A DNA stretch of 64,000 nucleotides. It comes from Magnetospirillum sp. 64-120. Its GTDB lineage: Bacteria > Pseudomonadota > Alphaproteobacteria > Rhodospirillales > Magnetospirillaceae. The notes beneath the pieces were generated by a model. The model saw only the letters and a program-made list of their open reading frames with translations, did no database searches and was not told where the DNA came from. The translations under genes and the position numbers were made by a program. The DNA lies in NCBI RefSeq assembly GCF_001898825.1, contig NZ_MKVK01000051.1; one strand, 5' to 3'. Below, piece by piece: positions 25,872-33,707 of this stretch (position 1 is its first letter; each line of letters begins with the position of its first letter).

Positions 25872-26010
25872 CTGAATTCCTTGAGGTTGCCGGTCCTTTA
25901 TGCTAATCACCGCACGCGTTGGTGACGGGAGTACGAATGGCTGGGAACGTCTTAAAGTCGGCTCGCAACGCGCTCGTTTTCATCGTGGAAATCGACGGAA
26001 ATCACCTTGG
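25872..26010 (+). repeat. Direct repeat copy B, containing a 37-codon neuB-like 5' remnant ORF (25937-26050)
   Basis: The remnant reads MAGNVLKSARNALVFIVEIDGNHLGDFGQVRRDHHHP*. Copy A reads MAGNVFTSVRNAVFFIVEIGGNHEGDF. The remnant stops 4 nt before the acetyltransferase ATG at 26055. Confidence 0.8.
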
Positions 26011-26054
26011 CGATTTCGGACAAGTTCGCCGTGACCATCACCACCCCTGATTCC

Positions 26055-26609
26055 ATGAAACTCCAAAGCGGTGTCCGCAAATACGCACCGTTCACCTTGG
26101 GGCACGCATTGCGCCGCTGGTGGACCTTGCGTGGTATCGGTGCGCGGGGAGACCGGGTCTATGTGGACAGGAATGTCCAACTGATGCGTCACCCGGAAAA
26201 GATCGCCCTCGGCAACAACGTGATGCTCAAGGAAGGGGTGCGGCTGTGCCCGACCAACCCTGACGCCTCCATCATTGTCGGCGACTGGACCACGCTGGGC
26301 TACCACTGCTTCCTGTTTGCCAGCACCCGTATCGAAATCGGCGCCAACTGCCTGATTGCGCCGTTCTGCTACTTCGTCGATTCCGACCACGGCATCGCCG
26401 CTGATAGCTTAATTCGCGAGCAAGACATGAACGCACGTCCCATTCGCATCGGTTCCGACGTGTGGCTGGGCACCGGCGTGGTCGTGACCAAAGGTGTTAC
26501 CATTGGCGATGGCGCTGTCATCGGCGCCCGCTCGGTGGTGACCGAGGACGTGGCCGCCGGTGCAGTAGTCGCCGGCGTTCCAGCCCGGTTCATCCGGTAC
26601 CGCCAATGA
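26055..26609 (+). CDS. Hexapeptide-repeat (LbH) acetyltransferase, WbbJ/LacA/WcaF-like
   Basis: In-frame ATG 26055 gives MKLQSG... Left-handed beta-helix repeats are IGANCLIAPFCYFVDSDHG, IRIGSDVWLGTGVVVTKGVTIGDGAVIGARSVV and AGAVVAGVPARFI. The tracked start (TTG 26007) lies inside the neuB-like repeat. Confidence 0.8.
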   Translation: MKLQSGVRKYAPFTLGHALRRWWTLRGIGARGDRVYVDRNVQLMRHPEKIALGNNVMLKEGVRLCPTNPDASIIVGDWTTLGYHCFLFASTRIEIGANCLIAPFCYFVDSDHGIAADSLIREQDMNARPIRIGSDVWLGTGVVVTKGVTIGDGAVIGARSVVTEDVAAGAVVAGVPARFIRYRQ

Positions 26610-27295
26610 AAATCGGCGCCGTGATCTTGGCCCGACTGGATTCCCGCCGCCTGCCCGGCAAGGCGCTGATCCAGGTTGCCGGCCGTCCACTGCTTGGCCA
26701 TGTCATCGACATCTGTCGGCACGTCGTCGGCCTGGACGCCATTGCCCTGGCCACCTCTGATCGCCCCGAAGACGATGTATTGGAAACCTTCGCTCACGCC
26801 GAAGGCATCGCTTGCGTGCGCGGGTCATTGGATGATGTGGCGGGCCGCTTCCTCACCGCCATGCGCCAGTTAAATCTAGACGGAGCATTGCGGCTGAACG
26901 GCGACAGCCCGCTCAACCGCCCTGCCCTACTTAGCCAGGCGGTCGAACGATTCCGACGAGGCGGATGGGATTTGGTGACCAACGTGGTCGGCCGCAGCTA
27001 TCCGTTTGGCGTCAGCGCCGAAGTCATTGGCTACGCGGCGATGGAACGGGCCTGTACGGCGATGCATATCCCCGAGCACCGTGAGCACGTCACCAAGGTG
27101 TTCTATGACAATCCCGAGCAGGTACGTATGGATGTGCTGCTCAATGTCGAACCGGGCATGAACGGAGTGCAGCTGGCTGTGGACGACCAAACCGACTTGG
27201 AGCGTTTCCGCTGGATTGCCGCCCGCCGACCCGATTTCATCACGGCGCCGTTGTCTGATCTGGTCGCCCTGGCCCGCACCTTCGAAATCGAGTAG
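26606..27295 (+). CDS. Cytidylyltransferase-family protein (SpsF/PseF-like)
   Basis: ATGA overlap at 26606 gives MKIGAVILARLDSRRLPGKALIQVAGRPLLGHVIDI... (the A-x-x-x-AR-x-x-S-x-RLPGK signature of SpsF-like nucleotidyltransferases). 229 aa. Confidence 0.8.
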   Translation: MKIGAVILARLDSRRLPGKALIQVAGRPLLGHVIDICRHVVGLDAIALATSDRPEDDVLETFAHAEGIACVRGSLDDVAGRFLTAMRQLNLDGALRLNGDSPLNRPALLSQAVERFRRGGWDLVTNVVGRSYPFGVSAEVIGYAAMERACTAMHIPEHREHVTKVFYDNPEQVRMDVLLNVEPGMNGVQLAVDDQTDLERFRWIAARRPDFITAPLSDLVALARTFEIE

Positions 27296-27299
27296 ACAA

Positions 27300-28688
27300 A
27301 TGTCCGCCAATCCCCTGGTTACCGTCTACATCACCAATTACAATTACGGTCGCTATCTGCGCCAAGCGGTGGACAGCGTTCTGGCCCAGCAATTCACCGA
27401 CTACGAGCTGATCATCGTCGACGACGGTTCGACCGATAATTCCAGCGACATCATCCGCGAATACGAAGGCCGTCCTGGTATCAGGATCATCTTGCAGAAC
27501 AACAAAGGCCTGAACGCCACCAATAATATTTGTGTTCGCGCGGCCCGCGGCAAATACATCATGCGCCTGGATGCCGACGATTTCCTTGATGAAAATGCCC
27601 TGTTGATCATGGCCAACCTCTTGGAAGCCGAACCCAAATTGGCCCTGGTGTTTCCCGACTGGTACTATGTCGATGCTGAAGGCCAGATAACCGGCCAAGA
27701 ACGACGCAACAATTTCCAGAGCGAGGTCACCTTACTGGATCAGCCGGCTCATGGCGCCTGCACCATGATCCGACGCGAATGCCTGCTCGAGGTCGGCGCT
27801 TACAGCTCGGGCTTCCGTTGCCAAGACGGCTACGACCTGTGGCTGAAGATCATCGACCGCTATCCCGTACGCAACATCAACCTGCCACTGTTTTATTATC
27901 GTCGGCACGGCAACAACCTGACGGAGAAGAACGAGTTAATCCTGAAGACCCGTTCGGAAATCCTCAAGGCCCACGCCGACCGGGTCAACCGCCCCGAACT
28001 GGCCACTTTGGCGGTTTTGCCCGTGCGCGGCCCCAGCATCGATCCAAAATGCTTGTCACGCGCGACACTGGACGGTCTCCCGTTGATCGACTGGACCATT
28101 GCCAGCGCTCTGGAAGCTGAAACCCTGGGCGGTCTGGTCGTCTCGTCACCCGATCAGGCATTGTTGGAGGCGGTCGCCGCCACCTGGGGCGAGCGGGTAA
28201 TCTTGCACCATCGTTCCCGCGATCAGGCGCTGGAGAACGTTTCCTATAGCCAGACGATTTTGGAAGCCATGGAAATGGCTACTTTCAGCCCGGATGCCCT
28301 GCTGCTACTCAACGTCGAGTATCCGCTACGGACCTCGTTCTATCTAGACAAGGCGGTCAACGTCATGCGGGTGTTCGACGACATCGACCTAGTCCTTGGC
28401 GTACTACCCGAGGACGACCTGTTCTTCCAGCACGCCGGCAGCGGCTTGCGCCCGGTGGGCACGAATTCCATGCTGACCAAGATGCGGTTCGAACGCGACT
28501 ACCTATACCGCCATGCCGGCGGTGCCGTCCTGGCGCGGGCATCCTTCTATCGCCAAACCCGAGGTGACCTGACCCGGGCTCGGATTGGTCATTACGTCCT
28601 TAGCCGTAAAGCTGCCACGGCAGTTCGCAATCCTCTTGATCTCGCCATTGCCGAAGCGGTCCTGGCAACGACACGGCAGGAAACATGA
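27300..28688 (+). CDS. Fusion protein: N-terminal GT2 glycosyltransferase + C-terminal CMP-NeuAc-synthetase-like (CTP_transf_3-like) domain
   Basis: In-frame ATG 27300. The GT2 part has VTVYITNYNYGRYLRQAVDSVLAQQFTDYELIIVDDGSTDNS and the RLDADD (DxD) motif. From about residue 250 it reads LAVLPVRGPSIDPKCLSRATLDGLPLIDWTIASALEA...LLLLNVEYPLRT..., which follows the NeuA-like layout but lacks the canonical R-GGSKG loop. Confidence 0.75.
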   Translation: MSANPLVTVYITNYNYGRYLRQAVDSVLAQQFTDYELIIVDDGSTDNSSDIIREYEGRPGIRIILQNNKGLNATNNICVRAARGKYIMRLDADDFLDENALLIMANLLEAEPKLALVFPDWYYVDAEGQITGQERRNNFQSEVTLLDQPAHGACTMIRRECLLEVGAYSSGFRCQDGYDLWLKIIDRYPVRNINLPLFYYRRHGNNLTEKNELILKTRSEILKAHADRVNRPELATLAVLPVRGPSIDPKCLSRATLDGLPLIDWTIASALEAETLGGLVVSSPDQALLEAVAATWGERVILHHRSRDQALENVSYSQTILEAMEMATFSPDALLLLNVEYPLRTSFYLDKAVNVMRVFDDIDLVLGVLPEDDLFFQHAGSGLRPVGTNSMLTKMRFERDYLYRHAGGAVLARASFYRQTRGDLTRARIGHYVLSRKAATAVRNPLDLAIAEAVLATTRQET

Positions 28689-29521
28689 GTACCGTGGTCC
28701 AATCCCATTTCACCTGTCCCCCCTGCCCCTTGTGTCTAAGTGCGTCGCAGGAATTAATCGCCGTCTACGACCATCTGGGCCCAGGGGAAAAAGATCTCAA
28801 GGTTGGCAGCTATTATCGTGAGTTGTGGCGTTGCCCGGTATGCGGCCACCTGCGCAATTTACACGACCACGACCTGGACAGCCTGTACCAGGGAGGCTAC
28901 AACGCCGCCGCCTTCACCGATGGCCTAAAACGGCAGTTCGAGCGTGTGATGTCCTTGCCCAGGGAGCAATCGGACAATTGGAAGCGGGTCGACCGTATCC
29001 TTGATTACCTGGGTGCACCCGGTGACCGCACCGCCCTGGATATCGGTTCGGGTTCGGCGGTATTTCCGGCGGCCATGCGCCAAGTCGGTTGGAACATCAG
29101 CGCCATGGATCCCGACACGGCCGCAGTCGCCCATGCTAAAAGCGCCGCTGGCGTTGATGCTTTTGTCGGCGACGCCATGACCAGCAGCTTTCCCAGCCGC
29201 TATGACTTGATCACCTTCAACAAGGTGCTTGAACACATCAAACATCCCGTCAAGGCGCTGACACGGGCCAAGGCGGCTCTGAAGCCTGGTGGCTGGCTTT
29301 ATGTCGAACTACCCGACGGCGAGGAAGCCCTGCATGACGGCCTTCATCGCCAAGAATTCTTCCTTGAACACTGGCATGCCTTCAGTGTTCCCTCCATCGC
29401 GCTGCTGGCCCGGCGCGCCGGCCTACGGGCGGAAAGTATCGGCCGCACCCGCTGTCCCTCGGGTAAGTATACCTTGCACGCCTTCATGATCGAACGAACG
29501 GATTATAGCCCAAATGAATGA
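28685..29521 (+). CDS. SAM-dependent methyltransferase with N-terminal Cys-rich zinc-binding module
   Basis: 278 aa. CPPCPLC...CPVCGH at the N-terminus. Motif I is ALDIGSGSAVFPAAM, followed by FNKVLEHIKHP and KPGGWLYVELP. ATGA overlap at 28685. Confidence 0.85.
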   Translation: MSTVVQSHFTCPPCPLCLSASQELIAVYDHLGPGEKDLKVGSYYRELWRCPVCGHLRNLHDHDLDSLYQGGYNAAAFTDGLKRQFERVMSLPREQSDNWKRVDRILDYLGAPGDRTALDIGSGSAVFPAAMRQVGWNISAMDPDTAAVAHAKSAAGVDAFVGDAMTSSFPSRYDLITFNKVLEHIKHPVKALTRAKAALKPGGWLYVELPDGEEALHDGLHRQEFFLEHWHAFSVPSIALLARRAGLRAESIGRTRCPSGKYTLHAFMIERTDYSPNE

Positions 29522-30392
29522 GAAGACCCGGAACTACTGGAACGAAGAAGCCAGCAAGGGCCATCGCCAGAAGGCTTATGGCTACGGCACCAATCCTTCT
29601 GTTCGTTATCCGACCTACGAAGTCCGCCGCGAGCGCATCCTGGAATTGCTGCAGGACCGGCCTCGCGGGCGATTGCTCGACGCCGGCTGCGGCAGCGCCG
29701 ACGTTCTGACGCATTTGCTGGACCAGGGGTGGGACGGTGAAGGCATCGACTTCGCTCCTAACATGGTGACGGCGGCGCAGGCCTTGCTCGTCGAGCATGG
29801 CCATGACCCCCAGCGGGTCCGCGAGGGTTCGATCACCGATTTGTCCGCATGGGCCGACAAATCCATGGATGTGGTCGTCTGCCTGGGGGTCATGGGCTAT
29901 CTGTCGCCCGCCAATCAGGAAAAGACCTATGCCGAAATCCATCGTGTGCTGAAGGACGACGGAGTATTGCTGCTCCAGCACATCAACGGATTGTTCGACC
30001 TTTTCACCATGAACCGCTTCACCGTGGAATTTTACAATCGCGAGCTGTTGCCTCATTTCTTCTCCGGCCAAGCGCTGACGGATGCCACCGCCATGGTCGC
30101 CGCTTTGCTGACCAACGCCGAGCTGCCCGAAAAAGGCACCAAGTTCGCCTCGATTCGGGACACCTTGGAAATGACCACGGAAATCCCATTCGCTTATGCC
30201 GAAAAGGCACGGGGTTTCGGCTTCCGGGAAATCGACCAGATATTCCTGCGCATGCACACTTTGCCGCCGATGCTGTTCGCCGAACACCCCGAGTTGGAAC
30301 AGCTGAGCATCGATAAGGAAAAAGAACTGTGCCGCCATTGGTCGGCGCGTTTGTTTGCCGCCGGTTTTATTTCAGTTCTTGAAAAGATGTAG
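29514..30392 (+). CDS. Class I SAM-dependent methyltransferase
   Basis: 292 aa. Motif I is RLLDAGCGSADVL, followed by DVVVCLGVMGYL and LKDDGVLLLQHIN. It overlaps the previous gene by 8 nt. Confidence 0.85.
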   Translation: MNEKTRNYWNEEASKGHRQKAYGYGTNPSVRYPTYEVRRERILELLQDRPRGRLLDAGCGSADVLTHLLDQGWDGEGIDFAPNMVTAAQALLVEHGHDPQRVREGSITDLSAWADKSMDVVVCLGVMGYLSPANQEKTYAEIHRVLKDDGVLLLQHINGLFDLFTMNRFTVEFYNRELLPHFFSGQALTDATAMVAALLTNAELPEKGTKFASIRDTLEMTTEIPFAYAEKARGFGFREIDQIFLRMHTLPPMLFAEHPELEQLSIDKEKELCRHWSARLFAAGFISVLEKM

Positions 30393-30435
30393 GGATATGA
30401 ATTTTCCCATCCACGCCTGAATCGACGGCAAAACA

Positions 30436-31353
30436 TTGAAAAATTATACGCCTATATTTTTGTTCATCGCGTTGATGCTCGTCGCAGATCGGGTGTTGTT
30501 GAGTTTTGTTCCCGACACTTCCCTGAGCTTCCCGAATTATGAAAACTTTGTCCGCACTGCCGACCCGAAACGGCCCTGGTTGATCGTGATCGGGTCATCC
30601 CGCGGCCGCGATGGGGTGGATGAAGCCCTTTTGAACCAAAATTTGCGGGACGCCGGGCTGCCCCATCAAGGTTTCAACCTGTCCTTGGGTGGGGGCGGAA
30701 CCCCATCGCTGATCTATGCCGCCATGAAGAACGCCAGTCCGGTGTTCGAACAGTTCCCCCCAGGCAGCAAGATTGTTTATGTGTTCTCCAACTTCGAGAT
30801 GAATTTCGTCCGCATCGAGGCGCTTGAGCAGTTTCCCGTCGGTGCGGAATTGATCCGGCAAAATGGTTACGAGCCGCCTCAATCGTGGATCAGCCGATTT
30901 GCCCATGTCTCGGGTTTCGCCGCTTTCGCGCAGGCCCGTGGCTGGAAAGACTTCCCCCAGCCAATGACCAAGGTGCTTCAGCAATCGTCGGAACGGCTGT
31001 TGATCGGGCGGCGCCTGGCCTCGTGCAACGATGCCGGCCAGTACGATTACCGCATCCTGCCCATCAATGCCCAAGCCATGGACGCCTTGGCCGCGCGATT
31101 CGGTAAGGACCTGTTGGTGGTCAAAGCCCCGGTAGGGGACATCCAGCAGCAAGACGACCAGAGAAACGGTGTCGAGGAGATCGGCAACGCCTATTTGCGC
31201 AAATGGGGCCAGGAGAATGCGATTGAAGTGATGCTGGATTTTCCCGAGCGCTTGGCCCTGTCCCCCCTTAGCTTCGCTACCAATTGCGATCACATTCGAC
31301 GGGAAGAAGATAAAGTCGTGCTCGCCAAGGCCATTGTGGGTTTGTTGAAATGA
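30436..31353 (+). CDS. Signal-anchored periplasmic protein, DltD/AlgJ/AlgX-like partner of the MBOAT O-acyltransferase
   Basis: TTG start. N-terminal TM is KNYTPIFLFIALMLVADRVLL. The LIVIGSSRGRDG segment is GDS(L)-like. The stop overlaps the MBOAT start (ATGA at 31350). The assignment rests mainly on context and topology. Confidence 0.55.
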   Translation: MKNYTPIFLFIALMLVADRVLLSFVPDTSLSFPNYENFVRTADPKRPWLIVIGSSRGRDGVDEALLNQNLRDAGLPHQGFNLSLGGGGTPSLIYAAMKNASPVFEQFPPGSKIVYVFSNFEMNFVRIEALEQFPVGAELIRQNGYEPPQSWISRFAHVSGFAAFAQARGWKDFPQPMTKVLQQSSERLLIGRRLASCNDAGQYDYRILPINAQAMDALAARFGKDLLVVKAPVGDIQQQDDQRNGVEEIGNAYLRKWGQENAIEVMLDFPERLALSPLSFATNCDHIRREEDKVVLAKAIVGLLK

Positions 31354-32741
31354 CTTTTAATTCAATCGACTATATAGTCTTTCTATTGATTGCTATTTTC
31401 TTTATCCGCGTTATTCCCGGGGATCAATGGAAGCATAGATTCATTCTGGTGATGTCTTTTGTTTTTTATGCTTGGTGGGACTATCGATTTTTGTCCCTGA
31501 TCATTGCCGTGGCCAGCATAGCCTATATGGGCGGTTTATTTGTAAGCGACAAAAATAAATATAATAGAAAATTGATTCTTCTCTTAAGCATATCCATGCT
31601 TCTTGGCATTCTGTTTGTGTTCAAGTATTTTAACTTTTTTATTGATTCAATAAAGACCATGGGCGTCGATGCCGGATGGTCCAGCCTTAATATTATTCTT
31701 CCTGTCGGCATATCTTTTTTTATTTTTCACGCCATCAGCTACGTCGCCGATGTCCATCGCGGCAAACAAGCCCCAGAGCAATCCTTCGTCGCTTTGGCGC
31801 TCTATATCTGCTTCTTCCCCCACATGGTCGCCGGCCCCATTGTCCGCGCCACTGACTTTCTGCCCCAACTGCATGCCCGTTGGCATCCCCCGGGACGACA
31901 AGAAACAGCGGAACTGTTGTTACGCTTCTGCTGGGGCATGGCCAAGAAGGTGTTTATCGCCGATCGCCTGGCCGGTTCGCTGGTTGATCCTGTTTTCAGC
32001 AATCCGGGATCGGTTTCGCCTGAATTGGTCGTGCTGGCCGTGCTGGCCTTCGGCATTCAGATTTATGCTGATTTTTCCGGTTACAGCGACATGGCCATCG
32101 CCAGCGCCGGCCTGCTGGGCATCAAGTTCCGCGAAAACTTCCTCGCCCCTTATTCGGCCACGTCGCTACGAGAATTCTGGCAACGCTGGCATGTGTCTTT
32201 GTCCAGTTGGATCCGGGATTATCTTTATATCCCGCTGGGCGGGGGGCGCCGGTCCGAGCCGCGGGTCGCGCTGAACGTCTTTTCATCCATGGCCTTGTCC
32301 GGTTTATGGCACGGCGCGGCCTGGAATTACATGTTGTGGGGCGCCTTCCACGGCCTTGCCCTGGTGGTCGAGCAATTGTTCCGCAAGCATGTTCCCTGGA
32401 CCGCCCCGGGGGTCCTGCGCGGCGGCGTTACGTTGCTTTTCGTTTTTCTTGCCTGGTGGGTTTTCCGGGTCGCCGACATAAGCGCGCTGCAGGCCATGGC
32501 GGCGGGCTTCATCGAGCCACGCCCCTTTACCTATGTTCCCTTGTCCTTGCTGGCTTTCCTGATCATCTGCACGATTGTGATCGGAGCCGAGCATTGGGGA
32601 CTGAGGGTTCTGGAAAAACGCGGTCCCGTCGTTGTGCCGTGGTGGCTTTCGGTGACCGCTTCAGCGGTGATCTCCACGTTCTTGCTGATGACGGCCGTAC
32701 CCAGCCTGGGAATACGGAATTTCGTCTATTTCCAGTTTTGA
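31350..32741 (+). CDS. MBOAT-family membrane O-acyltransferase (AlgI/DltB/PatA-like)
   Basis: 463 aa, polytopic. Motifs VGISFFIFHAISYVADV, FWQRWHVSLSSWIRDYLYIPLGG and the conserved His in SGLWHGAAWNYMLWG. Confidence 0.9.
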   Translation: MTFNSIDYIVFLLIAIFFIRVIPGDQWKHRFILVMSFVFYAWWDYRFLSLIIAVASIAYMGGLFVSDKNKYNRKLILLLSISMLLGILFVFKYFNFFIDSIKTMGVDAGWSSLNIILPVGISFFIFHAISYVADVHRGKQAPEQSFVALALYICFFPHMVAGPIVRATDFLPQLHARWHPPGRQETAELLLRFCWGMAKKVFIADRLAGSLVDPVFSNPGSVSPELVVLAVLAFGIQIYADFSGYSDMAIASAGLLGIKFRENFLAPYSATSLREFWQRWHVSLSSWIRDYLYIPLGGGRRSEPRVALNVFSSMALSGLWHGAAWNYMLWGAFHGLALVVEQLFRKHVPWTAPGVLRGGVTLLFVFLAWWVFRVADISALQAMAAGFIEPRPFTYVPLSLLAFLIICTIVIGAEHWGLRVLEKRGPVVVPWWLSVTASAVISTFLLMTAVPSLGIRNFVYFQF

Positions 32742-32832
32742 GACCGCCGTCACGTGTGATCAGCCGCGCAAGATGGGGTACAATCCGTTTCGCAGGTGCG
32801 AAGATCGTTCCGACACAAGTGGTGGCTTGACC

Positions 32833-33516
32833 ATGATCGATTCTCTTAGCGTGGTGGCGGTGATCACCGCCCGCGGCGGTTCCAAGGGATTGCCGCGCAA
32901 GAATGTGCTGCCCGCCGCCGGCAAGCCGCTGATTGCCTGGACCATCGAGGCAGCCCATCAGGCCATCCACGTGGATCGCACCATCTTGTCGTCGGATGAC
33001 GACGAAATCATCTCCGTCGCCCGTCAATGGGGCTGCGAGGTACCTTTCATCCGCCCCCCCGAACTGTCCGGCGACACCGCCCGCAGCGAGGACGCCGTCC
33101 TTGACGCCCTGGACCGCCTGGATCGCCCCTATGACGTGGTGGTGCTGCTGCAGCCCACGTCGCCGCAACGGCTGGCCGTCGACATTGATCAATGCCTGAA
33201 ACAGCTGGTGGACAGCGGGGCCCCGTCCTGCGTCAGCATCTGCCCGGTATCCAAGCCGCCGGAATGGATGTTTCGACTGGCCGCGGGCGGCGTGCTCTCC
33301 CCCATTCTGGGTGATGCCGGCCGTGGCAAGCGCCGCCAGGATCTGCCGCCCTGCTACACGGTGAACGGTGCCGTCTACGCCGCCCATGTCGACTGGCTGC
33401 GCCGGACCCGCTGTTTCTTCACCGACGAAACCGTGGGCAGCATCATGCCGGCGGAACGTTCGCTCGACATCGACACCGCCCAAGACCTCAGGATTTTCGA
33501 GGCGCTGCACCCATGA
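32833..33516 (+). CDS. neuA: Acylneuraminate (nonulosonate) cytidylyltransferase, NeuA/LegF family
   Basis: In-frame ATG 32833 gives MIDSLSVVAVITARGGSKGLPRKNVLPAAGKPLIAWTI... Further motifs are VVLLQPTSPQR, RRQDLPPCYTVNGAVY and SLDIDTAQDL. Confidence 0.9.
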   Translation: MIDSLSVVAVITARGGSKGLPRKNVLPAAGKPLIAWTIEAAHQAIHVDRTILSSDDDEIISVARQWGCEVPFIRPPELSGDTARSEDAVLDALDRLDRPYDVVVLLQPTSPQRLAVDIDQCLKQLVDSGAPSCVSICPVSKPPEWMFRLAAGGVLSPILGDAGRGKRRQDLPPCYTVNGAVYAAHVDWLRRTRCFFTDETVGSIMPAERSLDIDTAQDLRIFEALHP

Positions 33517-33707
33517 CGGCGCCAGGCTTCCGTCCCCGTGGTTGCATAGCCCTTGATATTCTGCCAAAACAGCTTGATATCGCGGTCGCCGATGCCGAAG
33601 GTTTGACGGCGGCCCTGGCCACATTGCCCGTGCCCGCCACCATCGGTCGCGACAGCGTTTTCGGCTTGGTCGATTTGGCCGTGTGGAAGGATTTGCTGAG
33701 GCAATGA
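33513..33707 (+). pseudogene. 64-codon ORF homologous only to the C-terminal ~60 aa of the 18809-20407 protein (truncated paralog fragment)
   Basis: FRPRGCIALDILPKQLDIAVADAEGL...DLAVWKDLL vs FLPRGCIALDILPKEISVPSVDAERL...DLAIWRGLL, with 29/59 identical residues by hand alignment. ATGA overlaps occur at both ends (33513 and 33704). It could still be translated as a micro-ORF. Confidence 0.6.
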
